From positions 1 to 16,726 of the forward strand of contig JBDRHK010000071.1 in the NCBI GenBank assembly GCA_043816965.1: a DNA stretch of 16,726 bases. The letters run 5' to 3'. This DNA comes from Candidatus Iainarchaeum sp. GTDB lineage: Archaea > Iainarchaeota > Iainarchaeia > Iainarchaeales > JAFCCJ01. The notes below the pieces were generated by a model, which was given only the letters and a program-made list of their open reading frames with translations, had not been told where the DNA came from and ran no database searches. Of the stretch, positions 1 to 7,410 are shown in pieces (within the stretch, counting starts at the first letter, position 1; every line of letters starts with the position of its first letter). The position numbers and the translations under genes are program-made.

Positions 1-905
1 CCCCTAAGTGTTGGAACCTCAATTTCAGTTCCAAGTGCAGCCTCGCTGAATGAAAGCGGAATCTCTGAAAAGATGTCTGTTCCGTCCCTTTTGAAAAACT
101 CGTGGGGATTAACAAATAAAACAACAAATAAATCCCCTGAAGGTGCGCCCCTCTCTCCGGAATTTCCCTGCTCCTGCAGCCTCAAATGGTTTCCTGTATT
201 AACCCCTGCAGGAATCTTAACCTTCATTTTCCTTCTTGCCTTTACTCTTCCCACACCCCCACATTTATTGCAGAGATTCTCAATCATCTCCCCCTCGCCA
301 TGGCACTTGCTGCATGTCTGCCTAGTTGCAATTGTCCCTAAAATAGTTCTCCTAATTTGCTCTTCCAATCCAGTTCCAAGGCAGATATCGCACCTGGTTT
401 TTTTAGTGCCTTTCTCCGCACCACTTCCTTTGCAGCTATCGCATTTTTCCATCCTTTCAATAGTAAATTCCTTCTCAATTCCAAATGCTGCTTCCTCAAA
501 GGAAATTCCCAAATCAAAGCGGATGCTCTCCCCCTGCTGAGGGCCCCTTTTCCGCCCTGAACCAAAGGCTCCCCTAAAGAGGTCGCCCATTCCCCCGCCA
601 CCGAATGCAAAATCAGAAAAAATATCCCCAAAATCGAAATCAGCGCGCTGAAATCCAGCACCTGAAAAATCCCCGAAGCCTCCGAACCTCTGCGCGGCAT
701 CACCAAATCTGTCGTAATTATTTTTCTTCTGTGGGTCACGCAAGGTGTTGTATGCCTCAAGCACTTCCTTGAATTTCTTTTCAGCACCCTCCTCCTTGCT
801 CACATCAGGATGGTATTTTTTCGCCAGCTTTTTGTAGGCGGCCTTAATATCGTCCGGAGAGGCATCTTTGGAAATACCTAAAGTATTGTAGTAGTCTTTT
901 GCCAA
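1..905 (-). CDS. dnaJ: Molecular chaperone DnaJ (class A); 3' end runs off the window
   Basis: Absent from the ORF track (no stop in window). Manual translation from TTG at 905 gives MAKDYYNTLGISKDASPDDIKAAYKKLAKKYHPDV (J-domain HPD), a G/F-rich region with a DIF motif, four CxxCxGxG motifs (CDSCKGSG, CDICLGTG, CSKCHGEG, CNKCGGVG), then VKIPAGV. Lies directly downstream of dnaK. Confidence 0.97.
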   Translation of the reverse strand, partial: MAKDYYNTLGISKDASPDDIKAAYKKLAKKYHPDVSKEEGAEKKFKEVLEAYNTLRDPQKKNNYDRFGDAAQRFGGFGDFSGAGFQRADFDFGDIFSDFAFGGGGMGDLFRGAFGSGRKRGPQQGESIRFDLGISFEEAAFGIEKEFTIERMEKCDSCKGSGAEKGTKKTRCDICLGTGLEEQIRRTILGTIATRQTCSKCHGEGEMIENLCNKCGGVGRVKARRKMKVKIPAGVNTGNHLRLQEQGNSGERGAPSGDLFVVLFVNPHEFFKRDGTDIFSEIPLSFSEAALGTEIEVPTLR

Positions 906-959
906 CTGGAATTACCATCCTAAAGGGAAATATTAGGGGACAGAAGTATTTATGCCTTT

Positions 960-2849
960 TTATTTCTTGTCCTTATCCTTATTTTCGTCCTCTACCTTAA
1001 AATCAGCATCCACAACATTATCCTTATCGGACTTTTCCCCTTTCTTTTCCTTACCAGCTCCCTGCTGCGCCTGCTGCTTTGCCGCTTCCTCTGATGCTTT
1101 TTGGTAGAGTTCGGTTGACATTGCCTGAACTGTTTTATTCAGCTCATCCAGTTTCTGCTTAATCTTTGCAACATCCTTTTCCTTTGGCTTAAGCAGTTCC
1201 TTTAACTCATTTACCTTTCCCCTGATTTCCTCTTCCTTTTTTGCATCAATCTTGCCCTTCATATCCTCAAGCACTTTCTCTGTACTATAAACCGCGGCAT
1301 CTGCCTGGTTCAGGGTGTCAATCTCTTCCTTAATCTTCTTGTCTTCCTCTGCATGCTGCTCTGCCTCTTTCTTCATCCTTTCAATTTCTTCATCATTGAG
1401 TTTTTGGGAGGCAACAATCTTTATGCTCTGCTCCTTCCCAGTTCCCATATCCTTTGCAGTAACATGCACAATTCCGTTTGCATCTATATCGAAGGTAACC
1501 TCAATCTGCGGAACCCCTCTTGGTGCAGGGGGAATTCCAACCAATTGGAACCTTCCCAAACTCTTATTTCCCACAGCCATTTCCCTTTCTCCCTGCAGGA
1601 CATGTATGTCCACCGCGGGCTGGTTTTCTGCGGCTGTTGAAAATATCTGGCTTTTTTTAACCGGAATTGTTGTATTTCTCTCAATTAGTGGTGTCCTAAT
1701 CCCCCCAAGGGTCTCTATCCCCAATGTAAGTGGGGTGACATCAAGAAGCAAAACATCCGTTACCTCTCCTGAAAGGACCCCGCCCTGGATTGCCGCACCC
1801 ATTGCGACAACTTCCATTGGATCAACCCCTCTCTCAACCTTTGCCCCGACCGCGGCTTCAACAAACTTTTGCACAGCAGGCATTCTTGTGGGTCCGCCAA
1901 CTAAAACAACCTCGTTTATTTCCCCAGCAGTCATTTTTGCATCGGCAAGGGCCTGCTGGATTGGCTTTTCACATTTCCTTATTATAGAATCAACCAATTC
2001 CTCAAGCTTTGCCCTGTTAATTTTCATAATCAAATGCTTGGGCCCAGAGGAATCGGCAGTAACATAAGGCAAATTAATCTCAGTCTCCATTACAGAACTC
2101 AATTCAATCTTTGCCTTCTCTGCAGCCTCATTGACCCTTGGAATTGCCATTGAGTCTTTTGTTATGTCAACGCCCTGGTCCCTCTTAAATTCAGCAACAA
2201 TATAATCCATCAATGCCTCGTCCATATCCCTTCCACCAAGCTGGGTGTCGCCGCTTGTGCTTTTAACCTCAAACACGCCATCGCCGAATTCCATTACAGT
2301 GACATCCAGGGTTCCGCCACCAAAATCAAAAACCATGATTTTATGCTCTTTTCCCCTTTTCTTGTCCAGCCCATAAGCAAGTGCTGCTGCTGTTGGCTCA
2401 TTAACAATCCTTTCAACCTTCAATCCCGCAATTTCGCCTGCATCCTTTGTTGCCTGCCTTTGGTTGTCATCGAAATAGGCAGGAACAGTAATGACTGCCT
2501 TCTCAACCTTGTCCCCCAAAAAGCTCTCGGCATCCTTCTTAACTTTTTGCAGGATAAATGCACTTATCTGCTGCGGGGTGTACTCTTTCCCGTGTACCTT
2601 ATACTTATGGTCAGTTCCCATCTTTCTTTTGGCACCTGTAATTGTGCCCTCAGGATTGCTTACTGCCTGTCTTCTTGCAGGTTCTCCCACTAACATCTGT
2701 CCGTCTTTTGTAAATGCAACAACCGATGGGAACGCCTTCCCATAAACAGTGTTTCCCTCTGCTGAAGGGATAATTTTCGGCTTTCCTCCCTCAAGAACCG
2801 CAGCAGCGGAATTCGAGGTGCCGAGGTCTATGCCTATTATCTTTGCCAT
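960..2849 (-). CDS. dnaK: Molecular chaperone DnaK (Hsp70)
   Basis: 629 aa. [75 protein letters not shown]. Confidence 0.99.
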   Translation of the reverse strand: MAKIIGIDLGTSNSAAAVLEGGKPKIIPSAEGNTVYGKAFPSVVAFTKDGQMLVGEPARRQAVSNPEGTITGAKRKMGTDHKYKVHGKEYTPQQISAFILQKVKKDAESFLGDKVEKAVITVPAYFDDNQRQATKDAGEIAGLKVERIVNEPTAAALAYGLDKKRGKEHKIMVFDFGGGTLDVTVMEFGDGVFEVKSTSGDTQLGGRDMDEALMDYIVAEFKRDQGVDITKDSMAIPRVNEAAEKAKIELSSVMETEINLPYVTADSSGPKHLIMKINRAKLEELVDSIIRKCEKPIQQALADAKMTAGEINEVVLVGGPTRMPAVQKFVEAAVGAKVERGVDPMEVVAMGAAIQGGVLSGEVTDVLLLDVTPLTLGIETLGGIRTPLIERNTTIPVKKSQIFSTAAENQPAVDIHVLQGEREMAVGNKSLGRFQLVGIPPAPRGVPQIEVTFDIDANGIVHVTAKDMGTGKEQSIKIVASQKLNDEEIERMKKEAEQHAEEDKKIKEEIDTLNQADAAVYSTEKVLEDMKGKIDAKKEEEIRGKVNELKELLKPKEKDVAKIKQKLDELNKTVQAMSTELYQKASEEAAKQQAQQGAGKEKKGEKSDKDNVVDADFKVEDENKDKDKK

Positions 2850-2851
2850 GT

Positions 2852-3802
2852 TTAATCACTCTCCTCAAGAATTTTTTTTACAACAACAGATTTTTTGCTG
2901 TGTTTTAAATATAAACCAATAGTTTCTACCCATTTTCTTAAATATTTTTTTGGAATTCCAAGTCGATAAACAGTTTTTTTTGCCCTGATTATTCTATTAT
3001 TTAAATAATATGCTCCTGATCGTTTTTTCATTTTAAGCATTGAGTTTTTTATCCCGCATTCATTCAAATAGTTTGAAATATTATCCAATAATCTTTTATT
3101 TGAGTTATAGAGATAAACGTGAAAATATTTTTTTTGTTTTAAGACACTTCCTTCCGCATCCCAAAAACCAGCCAAAAAATTCTGGGCTAGCAAGTCTTCA
3201 GAAAGAATATGCATAATAGTATCTTCCCTCTCAATTTTATTTCTTTTTATTAAATCCGCAATTTTTACACTAGATAGTTTTATTTTCCATAAGCCATCCT
3301 GTCTAACGGTTTCTTTGATTTTTCCGTATTTTTCCATAATTCCTTTTAAGTATTCTTTCATGCCTTCATCTTTATTAAAAACCTCAACACAATATTTTTG
3401 TACGGCACCATCTCCAAGGCAAAATCCTACCAAATAGGACAAATCTTTATCAATTGGTATGGCAGAAATATTCGTTGAACCTTCTCTAGACATAAAAATT
3501 GAGCTTCCGCTAAAATTTGCCGGAATAGCCAGATTGTTAATATGTCTTCTTCTGGATTTAACTCCGAGCTGTTTAAACCAATAAGAAAGGGATGAATCTG
3601 GAACATTAAATATTTTTTCTAAGGCTTTAATATCGTTCTGAGGATATAAATTATTAATTAATTTAATCAATTTTTTATCCCCTATCGATTTTCTGACTTT
3701 TTGGAAATTACTTTCTTTTCTGATTAAATTTATCTTATTTATAGTATTTACATCATCTTGCGAAATTCCCTGAACAATTGCATCCAATCTGTAATTAACC
3801 AT
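2852..3802 (-). CDS. Free-standing two-motif LAGLIDADG (DOD-type) homing endonuclease with putative N-terminal helix-turn-helix
   Basis: Motifs [14 protein letters not shown] and [13 protein letters not shown], followed by [24 protein letters not shown]-like segment [25 protein letters not shown]. Likely ATG at 3802 behind the SD-like AGTGAT. Markedly AT-rich. No intein splicing termini. Confidence 0.88.
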   Translation of the reverse strand: MVNYRLDAIVQGISQDDVNTINKINLIRKESNFQKVRKSIGDKKLIKLINNLYPQNDIKALEKIFNVPDSSLSYWFKQLGVKSRRRHINNLAIPANFSGSSIFMSREGSTNISAIPIDKDLSYLVGFCLGDGAVQKYCVEVFNKDEGMKEYLKGIMEKYGKIKETVRQDGLWKIKLSSVKIADLIKRNKIEREDTIMHILSEDLLAQNFLAGFWDAEGSVLKQKKYFHVYLYNSNKRLLDNISNYLNECGIKNSMLKMKKRSGAYYLNNRIIRAKKTVYRLGIPKKYLRKWVETIGLYLKHSKKSVVVKKILEESD

Positions 3803-4328
3803 GGTTATCACTATCTCGATTCTCATTTTCTAAATTATTCACCTTGACCTTACTCGGCCTCAAAACCTGGCCATTCAATAAATATCCTTTCTGGAATTCC
3901 TCCAAAATAATTCCGTCTTCCTTACGTTCATCCTTTCCCTGCATCATTGCCTCATGCAAAGAAGGGTTAAACCCCTTTCCCAGGGATTCAATTTCCTCCA
4001 AGCCCTCTTTTGCAAGAAACTCCTTCAATTGCTTCTCCATCAAAGAAACTCCCTCAAGCACTTTCTCAAGGCTAATTTCATTATTCCCCTTCATTTTATC
4101 AACCGCATTCTCAAATGATTCCACGAATGGCAGGAATTCCGCAATAATCTTTGCATTGGAATTTTTCCTGAATTCCTCTCGTTCCTTATCACTTCTCTTC
4201 TGGAAGTTCTCGAATTCTGCCTGTTTCCTTTGCAGCAAATCCTTGAACTTATCCCTCTCTTCCAGGAGTTCCTTCATCGCGTCCTTTTCCTTCGCATCCG
4301 CCTTTTTATGCACTTGTTTATCGCTCAT
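3795..4328 (-). CDS. grpE: Nucleotide exchange factor GrpE
   Basis: [50 protein letters not shown]; first gene of the dnaK operon. Confidence 0.97.
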   Translation of the reverse strand: MSDKQVHKKADAKEKDAMKELLEERDKFKDLLQRKQAEFENFQKRSDKEREEFRKNSNAKIIAEFLPFVESFENAVDKMKGNNEISLEKVLEGVSLMEKQLKEFLAKEGLEEIESLGKGFNPSLHEAMMQGKDERKEDGIILEEFQKGYLLNGQVLRPSKVKVNNLENENRDSDNHG

Positions 4329-4353
4329 TGAACCACTTTTAGAAGAATAAATC

Positions 4354-4403
4354 TGTTCAAACTGTTTAAACGTTTATACCATTGTTTAAACAAAAGTTTA
4401 AAA
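4354..4403. promoter_or_regulatory. Divergent promoter region with clustered GTTTAAAC-like palindromic boxes (TATA boxes and candidate operator)
   Basis: GTTCAAAC 4355-4362, GTTTAAAC 4364-4371, GTTTATAC 4372-4379, TGTTTAAACA 4383-4392, GTTTAAAA 4396-4403. CAAAAG-TTTAAAA resembles BRE-TATA and ends 24 nt before ATG 4427. Confidence 0.6.
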
Positions 4404-4426
4404 GCCTTTCCTGCACCATTCCCTAT

Positions 4427-4855
4427 ATGGATGAAAGGAAAGCGTCTTTTAAAATTGTAATAAGGAAGATTGAAAGGCCCTTTTCCAATGAGCCGATGGA
4501 TGAATTGGACTGGATTTGCGAAAGCCTTGGCTTTTTCGAGACAATTGATAAGGACAAAACAGCGTCATCAATCTTCAGGGAAATTGTTACCGCAACAGAA
4601 AAAGGGGAAGCATTAACATCAACTGCAATCGCCGAAAGGGTCGGCATGAGCCGTGGCGCTGTCATCAATCATCTCAACAATCTCCTTCGCGCCGGGCTTA
4701 TTACAAGGCATGGGAGATATTACATTGCGCGCTCAAAATCAGTTTACAGAACCATAAAAGAAATTGAAGAGGACATTCTTTCTGTTTTCAGGAAAATGGA
4801 AATAACCGCAAGGGAGATTGATGAGGAAATGGGCATAGAGGTTAATGAAAAATGA
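4427..4855 (+). CDS. Winged helix-turn-helix (ArsR-like) transcriptional regulator
   Basis: LTSTAIAERVGMSRGAVINHLNNLLRAGLITRHGRYY is an HTH plus wing, followed by a coiled-coil-like C-terminus. ATG 4427 is preferred over TTG 4382, which lies inside the promoter boxes. Confidence 0.88.
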   Translation: MDERKASFKIVIRKIERPFSNEPMDELDWICESLGFFETIDKDKTASSIFREIVTATEKGEALTSTAIAERVGMSRGAVINHLNNLLRAGLITRHGRYYIARSKSVYRTIKEIEEDILSVFRKMEITAREIDEEMGIEVNEK

Positions 4856-5400
4856 GCAAGGGAAAAATGAAATTAACACCTAAACTGGTTTTCTTCCCAG
4901 GAATAATTTTTCACGAACTTTCCCATTACCTGGCATGCCTTCTGATGGGGGTTGAGGTAAAGGAGATTGAATTTCTCGGAAAAAAGGATTCGTTTGTTGT
5001 CCATGGGAAGGCAAACCTGCCACAGTCAATCGCAATAACCACTGCACCATTTATCCTTGGAAATATTTTCGCCCTGATTTTCCTCCTTTTTGCAAAAGCA
5101 ACCTTTCTCACCCCCAATCCGCTAATGATTATCTATCTTTGGTTCGCGGTTTCATTCATCTATTATTCTTTCCCAAGCGAGAAGGATGCGCAGAACACCT
5201 TTGACGCATTTTTCCTGTTTTTCCAGGAGAAGGTGTTTGAGTCAAAGGAATTTTCCAAGAAAGTTTTTTGGGCAGTTCTCACACCGTTTATGTTTGTCCC
5301 CATGACCTTTCTTTTGGGGATTATCCTGCTTTTTGACAAGTCCTTTTTTATGAGGCTTGTGTGGGGAATCATCATTTTGTCTATTGTGGCCGCATTGTAA
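4852..5400 (+). CDS. Membrane-embedded HEXXH zinc metalloprotease-like protein (DUF3267/M50-like)
   Basis: PGIIFHELSHYLAC (HEXXH), TAPF, FPSEKD and several hydrophobic helices; ATGA overlap with the regulator stop codon. Confidence 0.75.
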   Translation: MSKGKMKLTPKLVFFPGIIFHELSHYLACLLMGVEVKEIEFLGKKDSFVVHGKANLPQSIAITTAPFILGNIFALIFLLFAKATFLTPNPLMIIYLWFAVSFIYYSFPSEKDAQNTFDAFFLFFQEKVFESKEFSKKVFWAVLTPFMFVPMTFLLGIILLFDKSFFMRLVWGIIILSIVAAL

Positions 5401-5402
5401 TG

Positions 5403-5410
5403 TTTTTATA
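5403..5410 (+). promoter_or_regulatory. Putative TATA box
   Basis: TTTTTATA ending 23 nt before ATG 5433 and no SD motif, consistent with a leaderless transcript. Confidence 0.45.
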
Positions 5411-5432
5411 CTAGAAAGTCCCTACTAATACT

Positions 5433-6008
5433 ATGCTTGAAAAGGCAAGGAAAATAAACCGGGAATCGACCCAGACTATTAAAACCACCGCAAAGGAAAA
5501 GATAAAGCGGGTGAGAGAGGATAATAGGGTAATCGCCCTTGAAGTTCTGCAGTTTGTTCTGATGCTCATGGTTTTTTTGGGAGTTATAATGCTTGTGATT
5601 CCCAGTGACCCGTCAATCGAATCCTTTGTAAGGGAGTTTTTCCTTAACTTCAATTCAGAAGAGCAGGTAAACAACTTCATTTCACTGATTCAATTCCCGA
5701 ATAATATTGTATTTTTTGCAGTAATTGTTGCAGTTGCATTATGGCTCTACAGCTACACCGCCAATTTTAGGAAAGAGCGCACAACACCAAAAAACAAAAA
5801 ACTGAGGGCACTGGAAACTATTGCCCTTTTCGTGATATTGCTGATTCTCCTGCTAATAGCAACCTCTTTCCACTTTGACCCCACAAAGGACATTGTACTC
5901 GCGCCATTGGGCCTGCTCATTGTCATGCTTTTGATAATCCCCTTCATCTACCTTTTCCTTTACATAAAGGAGCACAACACAATCAGTGAACTCCTGAAAA
6001 GGAATTAG
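5433..6008 (+). CDS. Hypothetical integral membrane protein (about 4 TM, internal two-fold repeat)
   Basis: 191 aa, four hydrophobic segments, basic N-terminus and loop; fills the gap between neighbouring genes and has a TATA-like box upstream. Confidence 0.75.
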   Translation: MLEKARKINRESTQTIKTTAKEKIKRVREDNRVIALEVLQFVLMLMVFLGVIMLVIPSDPSIESFVREFFLNFNSEEQVNNFISLIQFPNNIVFFAVIVAVALWLYSYTANFRKERTTPKNKKLRALETIALFVILLILLLIATSFHFDPTKDIVLAPLGLLIVMLLIIPFIYLFLYIKEHNTISELLKRN

Positions 6009-6020
6009 AAAGCCTTTTAA
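6008..6020 (+). promoter_or_regulatory. Putative BRE-TATA promoter
   Basis: GAAAGCC-TTTTAA ending 25 nt before ATG 6045. Confidence 0.45.
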
Positions 6021-6044
6021 CCTCAATTTTTCTAATTTATACTG

Positions 6045-6332
6045 ATGGAACTGGCAGATACTAAAAATAGCAGGGTACACATAAAACTGGCAAAATACTT
6101 CTTTTGGATAATGCTGGCCCTTTTCTTCATCCTGAACCTTGGCATTTCTTATGGCCTTCTTTTGGGCACAATAACAATGTTTCAGGCCTTGCTTACTGAA
6201 TCGCTTTTCTTCATTATTTTTATCATCGGGGAACTATTCCTGATTTTGGGGATTTTCTGGTGGAATATAAAACTTACAAAAAACTGGGGTGGAAAAAATG
6301 ATAGTCGGGGTATTGAAGGAGATAAAGGATAA
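6045..6332 (+). CDS. Hypothetical small membrane protein (2 TM)
   Basis: 95 aa with two hydrophobic stretches; promoter-like motif at leaderless distance; 3' end overlaps the ald start. Confidence 0.65.
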   Translation: MELADTKNSRVHIKLAKYFFWIMLALFFILNLGISYGLLLGTITMFQALLTESLFFIIFIIGELFLILGIFWWNIKLTKNWGGKNDSRGIEGDKG

Positions 6333-7410
6333 CGAGAACAGGGTTGCAATTACGCCTAATGGTGTCCAGGAATTTGTGTCAAAAGGCCATGAGCTGCTTG
6401 TGGAGAAGGATGCGGGAATCGGGAGCGGTTTCAGCAATGAGGAGTATGAAAAGGCAGGCGCCATATTAATCGGCACCCCTAAGGAACTCTGCGAAAAGGC
6501 AGAGCTGGTAATGAAGATTAAGGAGCCCATAAAGGAGGAGCACACTTATTTCAGAAAGGATCAAGTTCTTTTCACATACTTCCATTTTGCCTCAATGAGA
6601 GAATTAACTGATAATATGATTTCCTCAAATGCGGCATGTGTTGCATATGAAACCGTTGAGTTGGAAGACAGGTCTCTCCCGCTGCTTGCACCAATGAGTG
6701 AAGTGGCAGGAAAGATGTCAATCCACATAGGCGCCCACTACCTCGCGAAATTTGCAGGCGGAAAAGGAATTCTCCTTGCAGGGGTGACAAATGTAAAACC
6801 CGGAAATGTCGTAATAATCGGCGGCGGTGTTGTGGGAGAATCCGCTGCAAAGGTTGCACTTGGGATGGGCGCAAACACAACAGTAATTGAATTAAGGGAT
6901 GAGAGGATTGAAGAATTAAAGAAATTATATCCAAAACTGAATTTGGTTAAATCAAACCCTGAGAACATCGCAAACGAAGTTCCAAAGGCAGATTTGCTTG
7001 TTGGAGGGGTCCTTGTAGCGGGGGCAGAGGCACCTAAACTGGTTTCCCGGGAAAATGTTGCGAAGATGGCGCCAGGCTCTGTAATAGTTGATGTTGCAAT
7101 CGACCAAGGAGGCTGCATTGAAACTTCCCGCCCAACATCACATTCAGACCCGGTTTATGTTGAGGAGGGAGTAACACATTACTGTGTTACAAACATGCCA
7201 GGGGCATTTCCCAGAACCTCCACATTCGCAATCACGGCAGCAACTCTTCCATATGCAATAGAGATGGCGGACAAGGGCTGGAAAACAGCGCTAAAGGAAA
7301 ACCCTGCCCTTATGAAAGGCCTGAATATGATTGACGGGAAGGTTACATACAAAGGGGTCGCTGACGCGTTCGGGATGGAGTATGTGGAACCAGAGAAGGC
7401 ACTCGGCTAA
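6298..7410 (+). CDS. ald: Alanine dehydrogenase (bacterial AlaDH/PNT family)
   Basis: MIVGVLKEIKDNENRVAITP, KIKEP, LFTYFHFA, LPLLAPMSEVAG, IIGGGVVG (Rossmann), VDVAIDQGGCIETS, HYCVTNMPGAFPRTST. ATG 6298 follows GGGGTGG. Confidence 0.97.
   Translation: MIVGVLKEIKDNENRVAITPNGVQEFVSKGHELLVEKDAGIGSGFSNEEYEKAGAILIGTPKELCEKAELVMKIKEPIKEEHTYFRKDQVLFTYFHFASMRELTDNMISSNAACVAYETVELEDRSLPLLAPMSEVAGKMSIHIGAHYLAKFAGGKGILLAGVTNVKPGNVVIIGGGVVGESAAKVALGMGANTTVIELRDERIEELKKLYPKLNLVKSNPENIANEVPKADLLVGGVLVAGAEAPKLVSRENVAKMAPGSVIVDVAIDQGGCIETSRPTSHSDPVYVEEGVTHYCVTNMPGAFPRTSTFAITAATLPYAIEMADKGWKTALKENPALMKGLNMIDGKVTYKGVADAFGMEYVEPEKALG

Noticed and set aside
73..787. ORFs 73..540 (+), 338..787 (-) and 357..560 (+)
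   Set aside because: Shadow frames of dnaJ, which reads through this region without a frameshift.
1315..2067. 250-aa plus-strand ORF antisense to dnaK
   Set aside because: Long antisense frames opposite hsp70 genes are a known consequence of codon structure. It is Ser/Thr/Ile-rich, with no motif and no initiation signal.
2560..2660. DnaK lacks the N-terminal-domain insert of proteobacterial and eukaryotic Hsp70
   Set aside because: This is the normal state for archaeal and Gram-positive DnaK, so it is not novel.
2852..3826. Endonuclease as part of an intein or intron
   Set aside because: It has its own start and stop, no splicing-domain residues, both flanking genes are complete, and no non-coding sequence is available for a ribozyme core.
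4354..4403. GTTTAAAC repeats as a CRISPR array or mobile-element end
   Set aside because: Units are only 8-10 bp with 0-4 nt gaps, with no spacers and no cas or transposase gene.
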